Shown here piece after piece: positions 23,434 through 35,110 of a stretch of 64,000 bases of DNA. This stretch comes from Eledone cirrhosa. Lineage: Eukaryota. The position numbers and the translations under genes are program-made. Location: contig OZ024741.1 in assembly GCA_964016885.1 (NCBI GenBank), forward strand, positions 202,368,001 to 202,432,000. Direction: 5' to 3'. The first letter of the stretch is position 1. The number at the start of each line of letters is the position of its first letter. The notes beneath the pieces were generated by a model. That model saw only the letters and a list, made by a program, of their open reading frames with translations. It was not told where the DNA came from and ran no database searches.

Positions 23434-24908
23434 GTAAAATGGTTATATTTTTATATTTTTTCATTATATAATTTTTTGTTTCAAAGATAAATAATTTTTG
23501 TTACTACAGGAAGGAGTAAATTGTTTTCTTCTGGCACTAAAATTTGTAATGACTGTTGTCTGTCTAATATAAAGCTAATAGTAAACTTATTGTATGCATT
23601 TCATTGTATCACTACACACAAGTTTGTGTCTATCTGGCTGAAATACCAGATTTTTTGCAAAAGTTATCTGAAAAGCTAATGACTTCTCCAAATGTAGATT
23701 TGTTTCTCAATTATTGAATGCAACAGAGACCAAAATTAAATCCTGGCTAATGGATCCTTAATGTTTGTGAAAGGATTAGCTTAATAAGAATAAATCTAGC
23801 AAATGCATAACTATCAATATATAACTTATGGCAAATGAAAGAAAATCTGCCATATCTGGCCTTGCATGGATTTATTAGTACTCAAAATAAATAATTACTT
23901 AAATTCACTATATTTTGGATTAATGGCTTGATAATTATGCTGACAATCTTTATTTGGTATCAGAAAATTCATTTATTGTTGGCTTTGAAGCAAGTTGAGC
24001 TTTATAAAAATGTGCAAATATATCTATCTATATACTACTAAACTCAGTGATTGCTTGCTTGTCTGTAATGTAATACAGCCAAAAGGGCGTATAATGAGAA
24101 AATACTTTGAAAGGATGTTGACTCTGAAATGCGAATACAAATGGAATAAAACAAGTTTTGTGTAAATCTGTGCACAGGTTCCTGAGATATGAGGTTTTTA
24201 CGGATACCTTCATAAATAAAGAGAGAGAAGGATAGAGAGAAAGAGATAGTGGTTGTGAGAGAGTAGATTGAAAGAGAGACATAGAGAGAGTGTAAGGGAG
24301 ACAGAGAAGGAAAATGGAAGAGAGAGAGAGCTGATGGTGTTGTTGAATGAAATTATAACTGGTGACTTCAAAGAAACAAATACAGCATTACTGTATCCTG
24401 CTAAATAGAAAGGATTTCTAAGTGTGTGTGAATATATATATATGTGTGTGTATCTGTGACTTGTGTATATAAGTAGGCACCCGCATATATATATATATAT
24501 ATATATACCCACAGCCATCATGTGGCCCCCTACCCTCGCACTCTCTCTCTCTCTCCCTATAAATATATGATAGGAATTCACTTCGCCAAATTTCATTTCT
24601 TTGCTTGCTGTCCAAACGAAATTCATGTAAACGTAATGTACAGACTTCATCTCTCTCTCTCTCTCTCCTAGCGTATTTTCAAAACAATCCACATTTCGTA
24701 TTCAAGTCCAAATAGCCAATCTATCGCTAAAACAAACTACATTTTCTGTTTCTATTAAGTGCTAAATACGTGGGTTTTTGGACGTATTTAACAGAACAAA
24801 TTTTGTATTTTTGTTAATCGCTTGTTAAATGCATAGACCCCACTCAATCATTACCTTCTTGCTAGCTACCCAACACCCCTCCCTCCCACCCCCACACACC
24901 ACCATTGC

Positions 24909-24972
24909 TATTACGTGGACCAATCATAAAACAGCCCCCACGCATCACCAGTATTATTACGCGGACCAATCA
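24909..24972 (+). promoter_or_regulatory. Duplicated CCAAT-box motif in the RTE 5' region
   Basis: The direct repeat tattacgYggaCCAATca occurs twice, 46 bp apart, upstream of the ORF. Function is inferred. Confidence 0.4.
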
Positions 24973-25004
24973 GAAACCAGAGGCCTATACTATCGCTTGC
25001 CTGG

Positions 25005-28000
25005 TTGCCTTTCGATATACGATATACGATATATGATGGATGGATGGACTGCGGAATCCTGGAGAGTGGAGGTGAGAGAGAAAAATCTGGACGCTCAGCG
25101 ACAATGCCAAAGATAAAGACAAATTCACCCCTTGGACGAGAATGCGAGCACTCCTCATTGTTTCGACCGCGGACGGCTAACATAACCCCATCGCCCCCCG
25201 CCCCTCACCGCCCCCAACCCCCAAACGCAATCCAAAACTTCAGAGTTGGTACCATAAATGTAGGCACCCTAAAGGGTCGCGCTAACGAGGTTGTAGAAAT
25301 GCTTGAACGTAAGGAGGTCGATGTTTGTTGTATTCAAGAGACCAGGTGGAGGGGTGGGTCTGCTAGGTTCATTGAGGGTAAAAAACGTTGTTATAAGCTT
25401 TTCTGGGTGGGAAACGACGATGGGCTGGGTGGAGTAGGAATCATGGTAGCAGAAAAGTGGGCAGATAAGATAATAGACGTAAATAGAGTGAACGACAGAA
25501 TAATTAAAATACGACTTGTCCTCAATAGAACTACGGTGACAGTAATATCTGCGTACGCACCCCAATCCGGACTGCCCGGCACTATAAAAGACAGATTCTA
25601 TGAGACACTGATGCTAACTACCTCCCAAATATCCGACAGTGACTATATAATTATCGCAGGCGACCTAAATGGTCACGTTGGACAACATTGTGACGGCTAC
25701 GACGAAATCCATGGAGGCTATGGGTTTGGTACTAGAAATGAGGAAGGCTCCAGAATCCTGGAATTCTGTGATGCAAATAACCTAACTATCTGTAACACTA
25801 ACTTCAAAAAACGTGACAATCACCTGATCACCTATAGATCCGGGGAACACACAAGCCAGGTAGATTATATCCTTACCAGAAGACGTGACAGAGTGTCTGT
25901 TGTTAACACTAAATCCCTCCCCCATGAAGAATGCACCTCCCAACATAGACTGATAATTAGCGACCTCATAGTCAGGACGAGACGTACTCGACAACAGAAG
26001 AGGACTATCCTCAGGAGGAAAATATGGAAGCTAAAGGACCCCACAGCCAGGAATAAATTTCAAAGCATATTACTTGATGCTTTCGACAGTAAGGAAGAAC
26101 ATTTAGAGTCGGACAATATAGAGGGAGAGTGGGAATTTCTGAAAGCAAACCTGCTGTTGGCGACAGACGAAGTCTGTGGCTGGAGCAGGCCTGTAGGCAG
26201 GAGGAGAGTAACATGGTGGTGGAACAGTAAGGTGGAGGGGTCAATTAAGGCCAAAAAGCAGGCTTGGAAAGTATGGCGGGATGGGGGAAGTAGAGAGGAC
26301 TATCAAGTGGCCAGGAGGGAAGCTAGGAGACAAGTGTACTTAGCAAGAAGGGAAGCTGAGGAAAGAAAGTTCAAGCATGTTCTACAACGCGATGACCAAA
26401 AACGTGAGGTGTTCAGGATTGCTAGGCAATGCGTCAAGGAAAACCGTGATATTGTCGGGGAGAAGTGTGTACTAAACGACGATGGCACACTTGCCATCAC
26501 CGACGCTGATAAGAAGGTAGCTTGGAAGTGTCACTATGAAAGGCTTCTAAATGAGGAGAATAATTGGGAGAAAGGCAGTCTCCCCCATATCGACCCAATA
26601 GAGGGACCAGCAGTGTTAGTCGAGGGGAGTATAATAAGTAAGGCAATCAAGGATATGAAGACTGGTAAGGCGGCTGGGCCTTCGGAAATAGTTGCTGAGA
26701 TGCTGAAGGCATCTGGCACGGTGGGACACACCATGGTCACCCGCATAGTTAACCAAGTCGTACAGAATGGGGTTGTTCCGAAGGACTGGCATAGCAGCAT
26801 CATCGTTAACTGTTATAAGGGTAAAGGAGACGCCCTAGATAGGAGTAACTATAGAGGCATTAAATTAATCGACCAGGTCATGAAGGTCACGGAAAGAGTA
26901 ATAGCGCAACTAATCAGAGAGAGAATTGACCTAGATGAAATGCAGTTCGGGTTTGTGTCAGGCAAAAGTACCACAGACGCTCTTTTCATAGTACGACAAC
27001 TACAGGAGAAGTACCTAGCTAAAGGTAAACCCCTCTACTTAGCTTTTGTCGACTTGGAGAAAGCCTTCGACAGAGTCCCCCGCTCCATTATCTGGTGGGC
27101 TCTTAGAAAACTAGGCGTTGACGAATGGCTTGTGAGGGCTATACAAGCCATGTATAAAGAAACAGTCAGCAAGGTTAGAATTAACAACGAATATAGTGAA
27201 GAGTTTAGCGTAAAAGTTGGCGTCCATCAGGGCTCTGTTCTCAGTCCACTACTATTTATTATTGCCCTTCAGGCTATAACAGAGGAGTTCAAGACAGGCT
27301 GCCCATGGGAACTCCTATACGCAGACGACCTGACACTCATAGCGGAATCAATGGCCGAGCTAGAGAAGAAATTCCAAACATGGAAGCACGGCCTAGAGTC
27401 AAAAGGACTTAAAATTAACCTGGCTAAGACCAAAGTGCTAGTTTGTAGGAAAGAAAACAAGGCGGCGGTCCCTTCTGGGAAATGGTCGTGCTCGGTGTGT
27501 AGGAAAGGCGTAGGTAGAAACTCCATTTTATGTCCTAAATGCAAAGTATGGGTGCATAAAAGATGTAGTGGGATCACAGGTAAGCTAACTAAGAACATAG
27601 ATTTTACATGTGGCCGGTGCTCTGGTGCAATAAGTAGCAGCAAGTGCCCACAAACTACTAGCTCTTTCAATTGCGCAGAGGGTTCTATAGAAATAGTGGA
27701 CAGCTTCCGTTACCTGGGCGATAAAATCAGCAGTGGGGGAGGGTGCTCTGAAAGTACTGTAGCTAGAGTCAGAACTGGTTGGAAAAAGTTCAGAGAGCTT
27801 ATACCACTATTAGCTGCTAAAGGGTTCTCACTAAAAATGAAAGGCAGGTTGTACGATGCCTGCATACGAACAGCAATGCTGCATGGCAGTGAGACCTGGG
27901 CATTGTGTGCAGAGGATATACGCAGACTAGAGAGGAACGAAGCTTGCATGCTCCGCTGGATGTGTAACAGTAATATACGTGAACGGCAAAGCATAAACGA

Positions 28001-28274
28001 ACTAAGGAAAAAATTAGAGATAAGAGGGATCAGATGTTGTTTACTCGAGAGAAGGCTACGTTGGTATGGACACGTGATGCGCATGAAAGTCGATAGCTGT
28101 ATAACAAAGTGCAGGGCAATAAAGATAGACGGTAGTCACGGAATAGGCAGACCTAGAAAAACCTGGGACGAGCTGATAAACTCCGACATCACACACTTAC
28201 ACCTCTCCAAGACAATGTCACTGGACCGAGACCTTTGGCGGTACTCAGTAACAGAGAAGACCCGCCTTACCTAA
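25005..28274 (+). CDS. Intact ORF of RTE-clade LINE: AP endonuclease, reverse transcriptase and PHD-type zinc finger
   Basis: APE motifs (INVGTL, IQET, SAYAPQ, GDLNGH, QVDY, SQH). RT motifs (FVDLEKAFD, GVHQGSVLSP, YADD). RTE C-terminus (RRLRWYGHV, GRPRKTW). First in-frame ATGs at 25044 and 25104; the ORF track starts at a TTG. Confidence 0.95.
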   Translation: MPFDIRYTIYDGWMDCGILESGGEREKSGRSATMPKIKTNSPLGRECEHSSLFRPRTANITPSPPAPHRPQPPNAIQNFRVGTINVGTLKGRANEVVEMLERKEVDVCCIQETRWRGGSARFIEGKKRCYKLFWVGNDDGLGGVGIMVAEKWADKIIDVNRVNDRIIKIRLVLNRTTVTVISAYAPQSGLPGTIKDRFYETLMLTTSQISDSDYIIIAGDLNGHVGQHCDGYDEIHGGYGFGTRNEEGSRILEFCDANNLTICNTNFKKRDNHLITYRSGEHTSQVDYILTRRRDRVSVVNTKSLPHEECTSQHRLIISDLIVRTRRTRQQKRTILRRKIWKLKDPTARNKFQSILLDAFDSKEEHLESDNIEGEWEFLKANLLLATDEVCGWSRPVGRRRVTWWWNSKVEGSIKAKKQAWKVWRDGGSREDYQVARREARRQVYLARREAEERKFKHVLQRDDQKREVFRIARQCVKENRDIVGEKCVLNDDGTLAITDADKKVAWKCHYERLLNEENNWEKGSLPHIDPIEGPAVLVEGSIISKAIKDMKTGKAAGPSEIVAEMLKASGTVGHTMVTRIVNQVVQNGVVPKDWHSSIIVNCYKGKGDALDRSNYRGIKLIDQVMKVTERVIAQLIRERIDLDEMQFGFVSGKSTTDALFIVRQLQEKYLAKGKPLYLAFVDLEKAFDRVPRSIIWWALRKLGVDEWLVRAIQAMYKETVSKVRINNEYSEEFSVKVGVHQGSVLSPLLFIIALQAITEEFKTGCPWELLYADDLTLIAESMAELEKKFQTWKHGLESKGLKINLAKTKVLVCRKENKAAVPSGKWSCSVCRKGVGRNSILCPKCKVWVHKRCSGITGKLTKNIDFTCGRCSGAISSSKCPQTTSSFNCAEGSIEIVDSFRYLGDKISSGGGCSESTVARVRTGWKKFRELIPLLAAKGFSLKMKGRLYDACIRTAMLHGSETWALCAEDIRRLERNEACMLRWMCNSNIRERQSINELRKKLEIRGIRCCLLERRLRWYGHVMRMKVDSCITKCRAIKIDGSHGIGRPRKTWDELINSDITHLHLSKTMSLDRDLWRYSVTEKTRLT

Positions 28275-28689
28275 ATATATAGTAAAACCTACTCCAGCCA
28301 GTAGGCATCTCTAACAAAATACACCCCGTCCCACCACCCCCACCCCCACCCGATCCACACCACCCCGTTCTATGTAAAGTTATGTTGGTGCCGCGCCTTC
28401 GAGGCCGAAACAAATGAGATCGTGTAGGTGTCACGACAAAAAAACACACAGTCCACGCTGTAATGTGGCCGTGTAGGCAACACGGTAAAAACCTCCCAGA
28501 CCCACACTGTAAATGTGGTTGGTGTTAGGAAGGGCATCCAACTGTAGAAAACCTGCCAGACAGTCCTATGCGAGCAAGACAATCACTCTTGCCTCAAGTG
28601 GGACTACCCCCGTCCAAACCCATGCAAGCGTGGAACACGGACGTTAAACGTTGATGATGATGATGATGATGATGATGATATATATATAT

Positions 28690-30480
28690 ATATATATAAA
28701 AATTGAAAAAGTGGAGAATAACATGGTCAACGTTACAAAAAAGGAGATTTATTTACAATCTCACAATTGTTTCACTGATAGAGTTGTCTAAAAATTGCTA
28801 AACACTGAAAGTAGTGCCACTCAATTTAAAATACATGTTGGCTCCATCATATCTTCAGAAACTGTTAAAAAATATATATGCAGCAAATTTACAAATTCAA
28901 ATTACAACATCAATAATAATATTAATAATAAAGATATAGAGAGAGAAAAAAAAGATAGAAGATAGATATAGTAAAGAGAGAAGGGAAAGGAAGAAGAAAG
29001 AAGAAGGAAAAAGAAGAAATAGAGAAAGAAGAGGAAAAAGGAGATATTATTACAATATAAAAATAAGATGTATAGAATATGATAGACAAACACAAGTAGA
29101 GATAGTGTAGGATAGAGAGAAGAATGTGGAGGGACAAATAGATGAATATGATAGACAAACACAAGTCGAACTAGGATAGAAAGAAGGTAGAGGGGCAAAT
29201 AGATGTTAATATATGAATAAATGTAAATAAAAATAAAGATAGATATATAGAAATATATGAGGAAATAAATGAAAAAATATATTAAAAATATATAAAAAAT
29301 TGATAGATAAATAAATAAATAAATAAATAAACATAAATAAATAAATAAGCAAATTACATCTAATGTAATATAAAATGGTATATGTGAAAAGTGAAGATGA
29401 AAATAAATAAATATGTAAAAGAACTTTAGACCAGCTTAACTCTGATTGTACCACTTGGATCTACTATGATATCACATTATCAGCATCATCATCACCATTA
29501 TAATTATCAAAGAACAGCATCTAATCCTCTTATATTTACATTCTTATTTTATATATCTCTATCGTTCACTCTCTATCTTTGCACGTCTCTCCCTAAACTT
29601 ATTTCATCTCGGTCATTTTATCTTATCATATATATCTTAAAACTAGTTAATTAATTTACTTATTAAAATAACTTATACACACATAAATATATTTAACATT
29701 ATCATATTTTCAACTTAATATCTATCCATATATTTAACAATTCTCAAAAACTATTCTCAATAATCTTAACATGTTTAAATATTCTTCGTACATTTTACTT
29801 CTTTTACATATTTATTTATTTATTTTCATCTTCACTTTTCACATATACCATTTTATATTACATTAGATGTAATTTGTTTATTTATTTATTTATCTATTTA
29901 TTTATTTATTTATTTATTTATATATCAATTTTTTATATATTTTTTATATATTTTTTCATTTATTTCCTCATATATTTCTATATATCTATCTTTATTTTTA
30001 TTTACATTTATTCATGTATTAACGTTTATTCATCTATCCCCCCCCCCCACCTTCTTCTCTCTATCCTATTTCTACTTGTGTTTGTCTATCATATTCTATA
30101 CTCTATCTATCTTATATATTCTATCTTATTTTTAGCTGTAATAATATCTCCTTTATCCTCTTCTTTCTCTATTTCTTCTTCTTTTTCCTTCTTCTCCTTC
30201 TTCTTTCTTCTTCTTTTCCCTTCTCTCTTTACTATATCTATCTCCCTTCTTTTTTTTTCTCTCTCTATATCTTTATTATTAATATTATTATTGATGTTGT
30301 AATTTGAATTTGTAAATTTGCCGGTTACATATATATTTTTTAACAGTTTCTGAAGATATGATGGAGCCAACATGTATTTTAAATTGAGTGGCACTACTTT
30401 CAGTGTTTAGTAATTGTTAGACTGTAAATAAATCTCCTTTTTTGTACTGTTGACCATGTTATTCTCCACTTTTTCAATGT
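28690..30480. mobile_element. Non-coding Penelope-like remnant forming an inverted repeat
   Basis: About 28700-29420 is the reverse complement of about 29800-30478; both arms carry hammerhead-like sequence near their outer ends. Confidence 0.65.
28755..28865 (-). ncRNA. Hammerhead-like motif with extended stem II; cleavage site mutated
   Basis: ACAGUUU-CUGAAGA-UAUGAUGGAG...CUCUAUCAGU-GAAA-CAAUUG-UG-AGAUUGU on the - strand. Confidence 0.55.
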
Positions 30481-30579
30481 TATTACTCCAAGATAAACTT
30501 ATATAGGAATACAAGTGAAATCATAAACTCGTCATCAACGCAAACCTCTTGTTGAGTCATACAACGCTGTACGCTAAAA

Positions 30580-32655
30580 CCCCTCACATCGACCCAATAG
30601 AGGGACCAGCAGTGTTAGTCGAAGGTAGTATAATAAGTAAGGCAATCAAAGATATGAAGACGTTAGGCGGTGGGCCTTCGGAAATAGTTGCTGAGATGCT
30701 GAAAGCCTCCGGTACGGTGGGACACACCATCGTCACCCGGATAGTAAACCAAGTCATACAGAATGGGGTTGTTCCGAAGGACTGGCGTAGCAGCAGCATC
30801 GTTAACTATTACAAGGGTAAAGGAGACGCCCTAGATAGGAGTAACTATAGAGGCATTAAATTAATCGACCAGGTCATGAAGGTCACGGAAAAAGTAATAG
30901 CGCAACTAATCAGAGAGAATTGATCTAGATGAAATGCAGTTCGGGTTTGTGTCAGGCAAAAGTACCACAGACGCTCTTTTCATTGTACGACAACTACAGG
31001 AGAAGTACCTAGCTAAAAGTAAACCCCTATACTTAGCTTTTGTCGACTTGGAGAAAGCCTTCGACAGAGTCCCCCGTTCCATTATCTGGTGGGCTCTTAG
31101 AAAACTAGGTGTTAATGAATGGCTTGTGAGAGCTATACAAGCCATGTATAAAGAAACAGCAAGGTTAGAATTAACAACGAATATAGTGAAGAGTTTAGCG
31201 TAAAAGTTGGCGTCCATCAGGGCTCTGTTCTCAGCCCCCTACTATTTATTATTGCCCTTCAGGCTATAACAGAGGAGTTAAAGACCGGCTGCCCATGGGA
31301 ACTCCTATACGCAGACGACCTGACACTCATAGCTGAATCAATGGCCGAGCTAGAGAAGAAATTCCAAACATGGAAGCACGGCCTAGAATCAAAAGGCCTT
31401 AAAATTAACCTGGCCAAGACTAAAGTTCTAGTTTGTAGGAAAGAAAATAAGGCGCCGGTCCCTTCCGGGAAATTGCCATGCTCAGTGTGTAGGAAAGGCG
31501 TAGGTAGAAACTCCATTTTATGTCCCAAATGCAAAGTATGGGTGCATAAAAGATGTAGTGGGATCACAGGTAAGCTAACTAAGAACACAGATTTTACATG
31601 TGGCCGGTGCTCTGGTGCAATAAGTAGCAGCAAGTGCCCACAAAATACTAGCTCTTTCAATTGCGCAGAGGGTTCTATAGAAATAGTGGACAGCTTCCGT
31701 TACCTGGGTGACAAAATCAGCATGGGGGAGGGTGCTCTGAAAGTACAATAGCTAGAGTCAGAACTGGATGGAAAAAGTTCAGAGAGCTTATACCATTATT
31801 AGCCGCTAAAGGGTTCTCCCTAAAAATGAAAGGCAGGTTGTATGATGCCTGCATACGAACAGCAATGTTGCATGGCAGTGAGACCTGGGCATTGTGTGCA
31901 GAGGATATACGCAGACTAGAGAGGAACGAAGCTTGCATGCTCCGCTGGATGTGTAATAGTAATATACGTGAACGGCAAAGCATAAACGAACTAAGGAAAA
32001 AATTAGAAATAAGAGGGATCAGATGTTGTTTACTCGAGAGAAGACTACGTTGGTATGGTCACGTGATGCGCATGAAAGACGACAGCTGTATAACAAAGTG
32101 CAGGGCAATAAAGATAGATGGTAGCCACGGAGTAGGCAGACCCAGAAAAACCTGGGACGAGCTGATAAATTCCGACCTCACACACTTACACCTCTCCAAG
32201 ACAATGTCACTGGACCGAGACCTTTGGCGGTACTCAGTAACAGAGAAGACCCGCCTTACCTAAATACAAAGTAAAACCTACTACAGTCAGTAGGCATCTC
32301 TAACAAAATACACCCCCGTCCCACCACCCCCACCCCATCCACACCGCCCCTTTCAATGCAAAGTTATGTTGGTGCCACAACATCCAGGCCGAAAGAAATG
32401 AGATCGTTTAGGTGTCACGACAAAAAACACACAGTCCACGCTGTAATGTGGCCGTGTAGGCAACACGGTAAAAACCTCCCAGCCCCACACTGTAAATGTG
32501 GTTGGTGTTAGGAAGAGCATCCAGCTGTAGAAAACCCGCCAGACAGTCCTATGCGAGCAAGACAACCACTCTTGCCTCAAGTGGGAAAACCCCCGTCCAA
32601 ACCCATGCAAGCGTGGAACATGGACGTTAAACGATGATGATGATGATGATGATGA
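30580..32655 (+). mobile_element. 5'-truncated RTE LINE subfamily A
   Basis: Near-identical to 26583-28670 with a few frameshifts; (GAT)n tail. Confidence 0.92.
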
Positions 32656-32888
32656 ATAAGAAGTATTCACAACCTCTAATTGGATTACCTATAACGATAT
32701 CTTGTTTTCCTTTATATATATATATACACACTCACACACACACATATATGTATATATATATATATTTTTTTTTATATATATATGGGCCTTCCAATTTCAT
32801 TTTACATTATATACATATCTGTGTAGATTTTAATTATTTAAAAATTATCTTTAAGTGAACGTGACCCAACGGGTCATGGGAGGTCTAG

Positions 32889-33834
32889 TATACTACTAAA
32901 ACTCTGTGCTTGCTTGCTTGCTTGTCTATAATGTAATACAGCCAAAAGGGCGCATGATGGGAAAATACTTTGAAAGGGTATACAATTGGAATAAAAGTTT
33001 CGCATGAATCGGAGCACGGGTTCCAGATATATGGGATTTTCCAGGTACCTTCATAAACAGAGAGAGAGAAAGAGATAGTGGTTGTGAGAGAGTAGATTGA
33101 AAGAGGTAGAGGAGACAGAGAAGGAGAATGGAAGAGGGAGAAAGCTAGTGGTGTTGTGTGTATATATATATGTGAGTCACATGGCTTAGTGGTTAGTGCA
33201 TTGGGCTTGCAATCGAAAGGTTGTGAGTTCAATTCACAGACCGGGTGATGTGTTGTTACCTTGAGGAAGACACTTCATTTCACATTGCTCCAGTTTATTC
33301 AGCTGTAGAAATGAGATGATAGGTACTGGGGTCCCTATATTCCACTGCAAAGTGGTCGTGGAGGTGCCACCCAGCCAACACTGTAAAGTGGACGTGTAGG
33401 CGCCACGGAAAAAAGCACCCAGCACTCACTAAATGAGGTTGGTGTTAGGAAGGGCATCCAGCTGTAGAAATCAAGCCAGAATCAGTTCCCGTCCTACCCT
33501 TGCAAGCAGGGAAAAGCAGACGTAAAATGATGATGTGAGTGTGTGTGTATGTCTATGACCAGTGTGTATAGATCACAGACACGCACATATATATATACAC
33601 ATACACACATATATATATATGTATACATACACACATTTATATATATATGTATACACACATACATTTATATATATATACATACACACACGTATATATACGG
33701 GCCTTCCTATTTCATTTCACATTATATACATGTCTGTGTATATTTTAATTATTTAAAAATGATTTTTAAGTGAACATGATTTTTAAAAAAATATTTTGAA
33801 GTGAATGTGACCCAACAGGTCACGGATGCTCTAG
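32889..33834 (+). mobile_element. Second, head-to-tail copy of the Helitron-like element, containing a SINE/RTE-tail insert at about 33175-33535
   Basis: Same start sequence; 3' gtgacccaacaggtcac hairpin + CTAG/T. Confidence 0.6.
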
Positions 33835-34042
33835 TTTATAATAAATATAGAACCTAAAATAAAATTTTACTCCTACATTGTTTTTCTTGGGAAAATATAC
33901 TTGTTTTCAAAATGTATATATACCCACAATCTTCATTAATTTTATTTAATGATTGAAATGATCTGGTATAAAGAGGTTAGTTGGAACTTTAGAAATTTTG
34001 AATTAGATGAATTTATACCATTTCTTGAATCTCTTTTTCTAG

Positions 34043-34154
34043 TTACAACCAATTGAGTCCTTTCCAAATGATAAAAATAGATGTCTCTGTCGGTCAAACA
34101 CTAACACATGCACATCATGCAGTATAACAAGTTCAAATGAAGTAGAATTTATTG
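34043..34154 (+). CDS. IL-17 receptor-like gene exon (LQPIESFPNDKNRCLCRSNTNTCTSCSITSSNEVEFI)
   Basis: tttctag acceptor, GTATGT donor, phase 0 to 1. Cys-rich membrane-proximal segment (CxC...CxxC). Confidence 0.85.
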
Positions 34155-34335
34155 GTATGTAAATTGCTTTTAACATTTTGCATTAAATTGTTATCATATT
34201 GATATGTAAATTGTAAATTGTTTTTAACATTTAATTGTTGAACTCTTTTGTTATTGTATTTCTACTGATATACACTGTATTTGAATTAATTGATGAACTT
34301 GGATTTACTAAAATTATTGATTATTTCATTATTAA

Positions 34336-34555
34336 GAGGGTGGTATATTGTCGAAATCACTAGAGCATCGGCAAAAAATGCTTCGTAGCATTATGTTATG
34401 ACCCTTTATATTTTGAGATCTAATCCTGCTGAAGTCAACTTTGCTTTTTATCCTTCTTGGGTTGATAAAATAAAGTACCAGTAAAGTACTGTTTTAATTG
34501 TTGCCCTTTCTCTTGTCCAAAATTGCTGGCTTCATATCACTGTTAGAAATAATTA
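34336..34555 (+). mobile_element. tRNA-derived SINE, same family, decayed and nested in a MITE
   Basis: gtcaactttgctttttatccttcttgggttgataaaataaagtaccag. Confidence 0.6.
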
Positions 34556-34744
34556 TAAGATGGTGTTTGTAACAAGAGGAAAATTGTGTTGGAAGGCTTC
34601 AATTTAAATCAAAGCTCTTTAAAACAGGTGGGTTTGTTTCATAGAACTAAAAAACAGATTTGGATAGGCTGGTATCAAAATGGTTAAGATTAATAAGTTA
34701 ACTGATAATGGAATTTTGGAGACCAATCACAAAATGGTTCTTAT

Positions 34745-35110
34745 GATTCAGTTACTTGGAAAATAGATATGTTTGTTGTGGGTTGTGTATGTTAGACCTC
34801 CACTGGTTCCGACGATGTGTGTTCCACTTGTTTGATCAATGGTACAGCCTGCTGATGAATTTTCCATGCAAGTAGCTGAACATTCCACAGATACGTGTAT
34901 CCTTAATGTAATTCTTAGGGAGATTAAGCGTGACATGAATTTTACATGCATGAAGCTTAGCATTCCACAAATACATGTACCCTTAATATACGCAATTCTC
35001 AGGGAGACTCAACACGGCACAAAGTGTGACAAGACTGGGCCTTTGAATCACAGTTTCAACTCATTTTTACAAGCTGAATAGGCAGGAGCAAAGAAAAATA
35101 AAATATCTCA
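34745..35110 (-). mobile_element. SINE-like fragment of a second family, related to 33175-33320 and 51040-51135
   Basis: Shared cattttt(c)cagctgagtgaactggagcaa-type segment; a tRNA-like head is visible in the 33175 copy. Confidence 0.45.

Larger units (their letters stand above)
24850..28678 (+). mobile_element. Full-length RTE LINE (subfamily A) with 5' UTR, ORF, 3' UTR and (GAT)n tail ending in (TA)n
   Basis: Single intact ORF. The 3' UTR ends ccatgcaagcgtggaacacggacgttaaacg-(GAT)n, shared with many truncated copies. The 5' boundary is approximate. Confidence 0.9.
24023..32888 (+). mobile_element. Non-autonomous Helitron-like element interrupted by nested RTE and PLE insertions
   Basis: 5' TC start (tctatatactactaaa) and 3' hairpin gtgacccaacgggtcat + CTAG at 32885-88. 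Its 5' and 3' parts both match the adjacent copy 32889-33834. Confidence 0.6.

Noticed and set aside
24975-25100. HDV-like ribozyme in the RTE 5' UTR
   Set aside because: Known from some RTEs, but I could not build the nested double pseudoknot by eye.
25269-28084. Antisense ORFs over RTE copies (here and at other copies)
   Set aside because: Shadow frames of the LINE ORF with no independent motifs.
28902-30394. Hydrophobic or Lys/Glu-rich ORFs as membrane proteins
   Set aside because: Translations of low-complexity AT/purine-rich repeat sequence in an inverted TE remnant.
33175-33250. tRNA gene
   Set aside because: A/B-box-like head without a complete cloverleaf, continuing into a SINE body.
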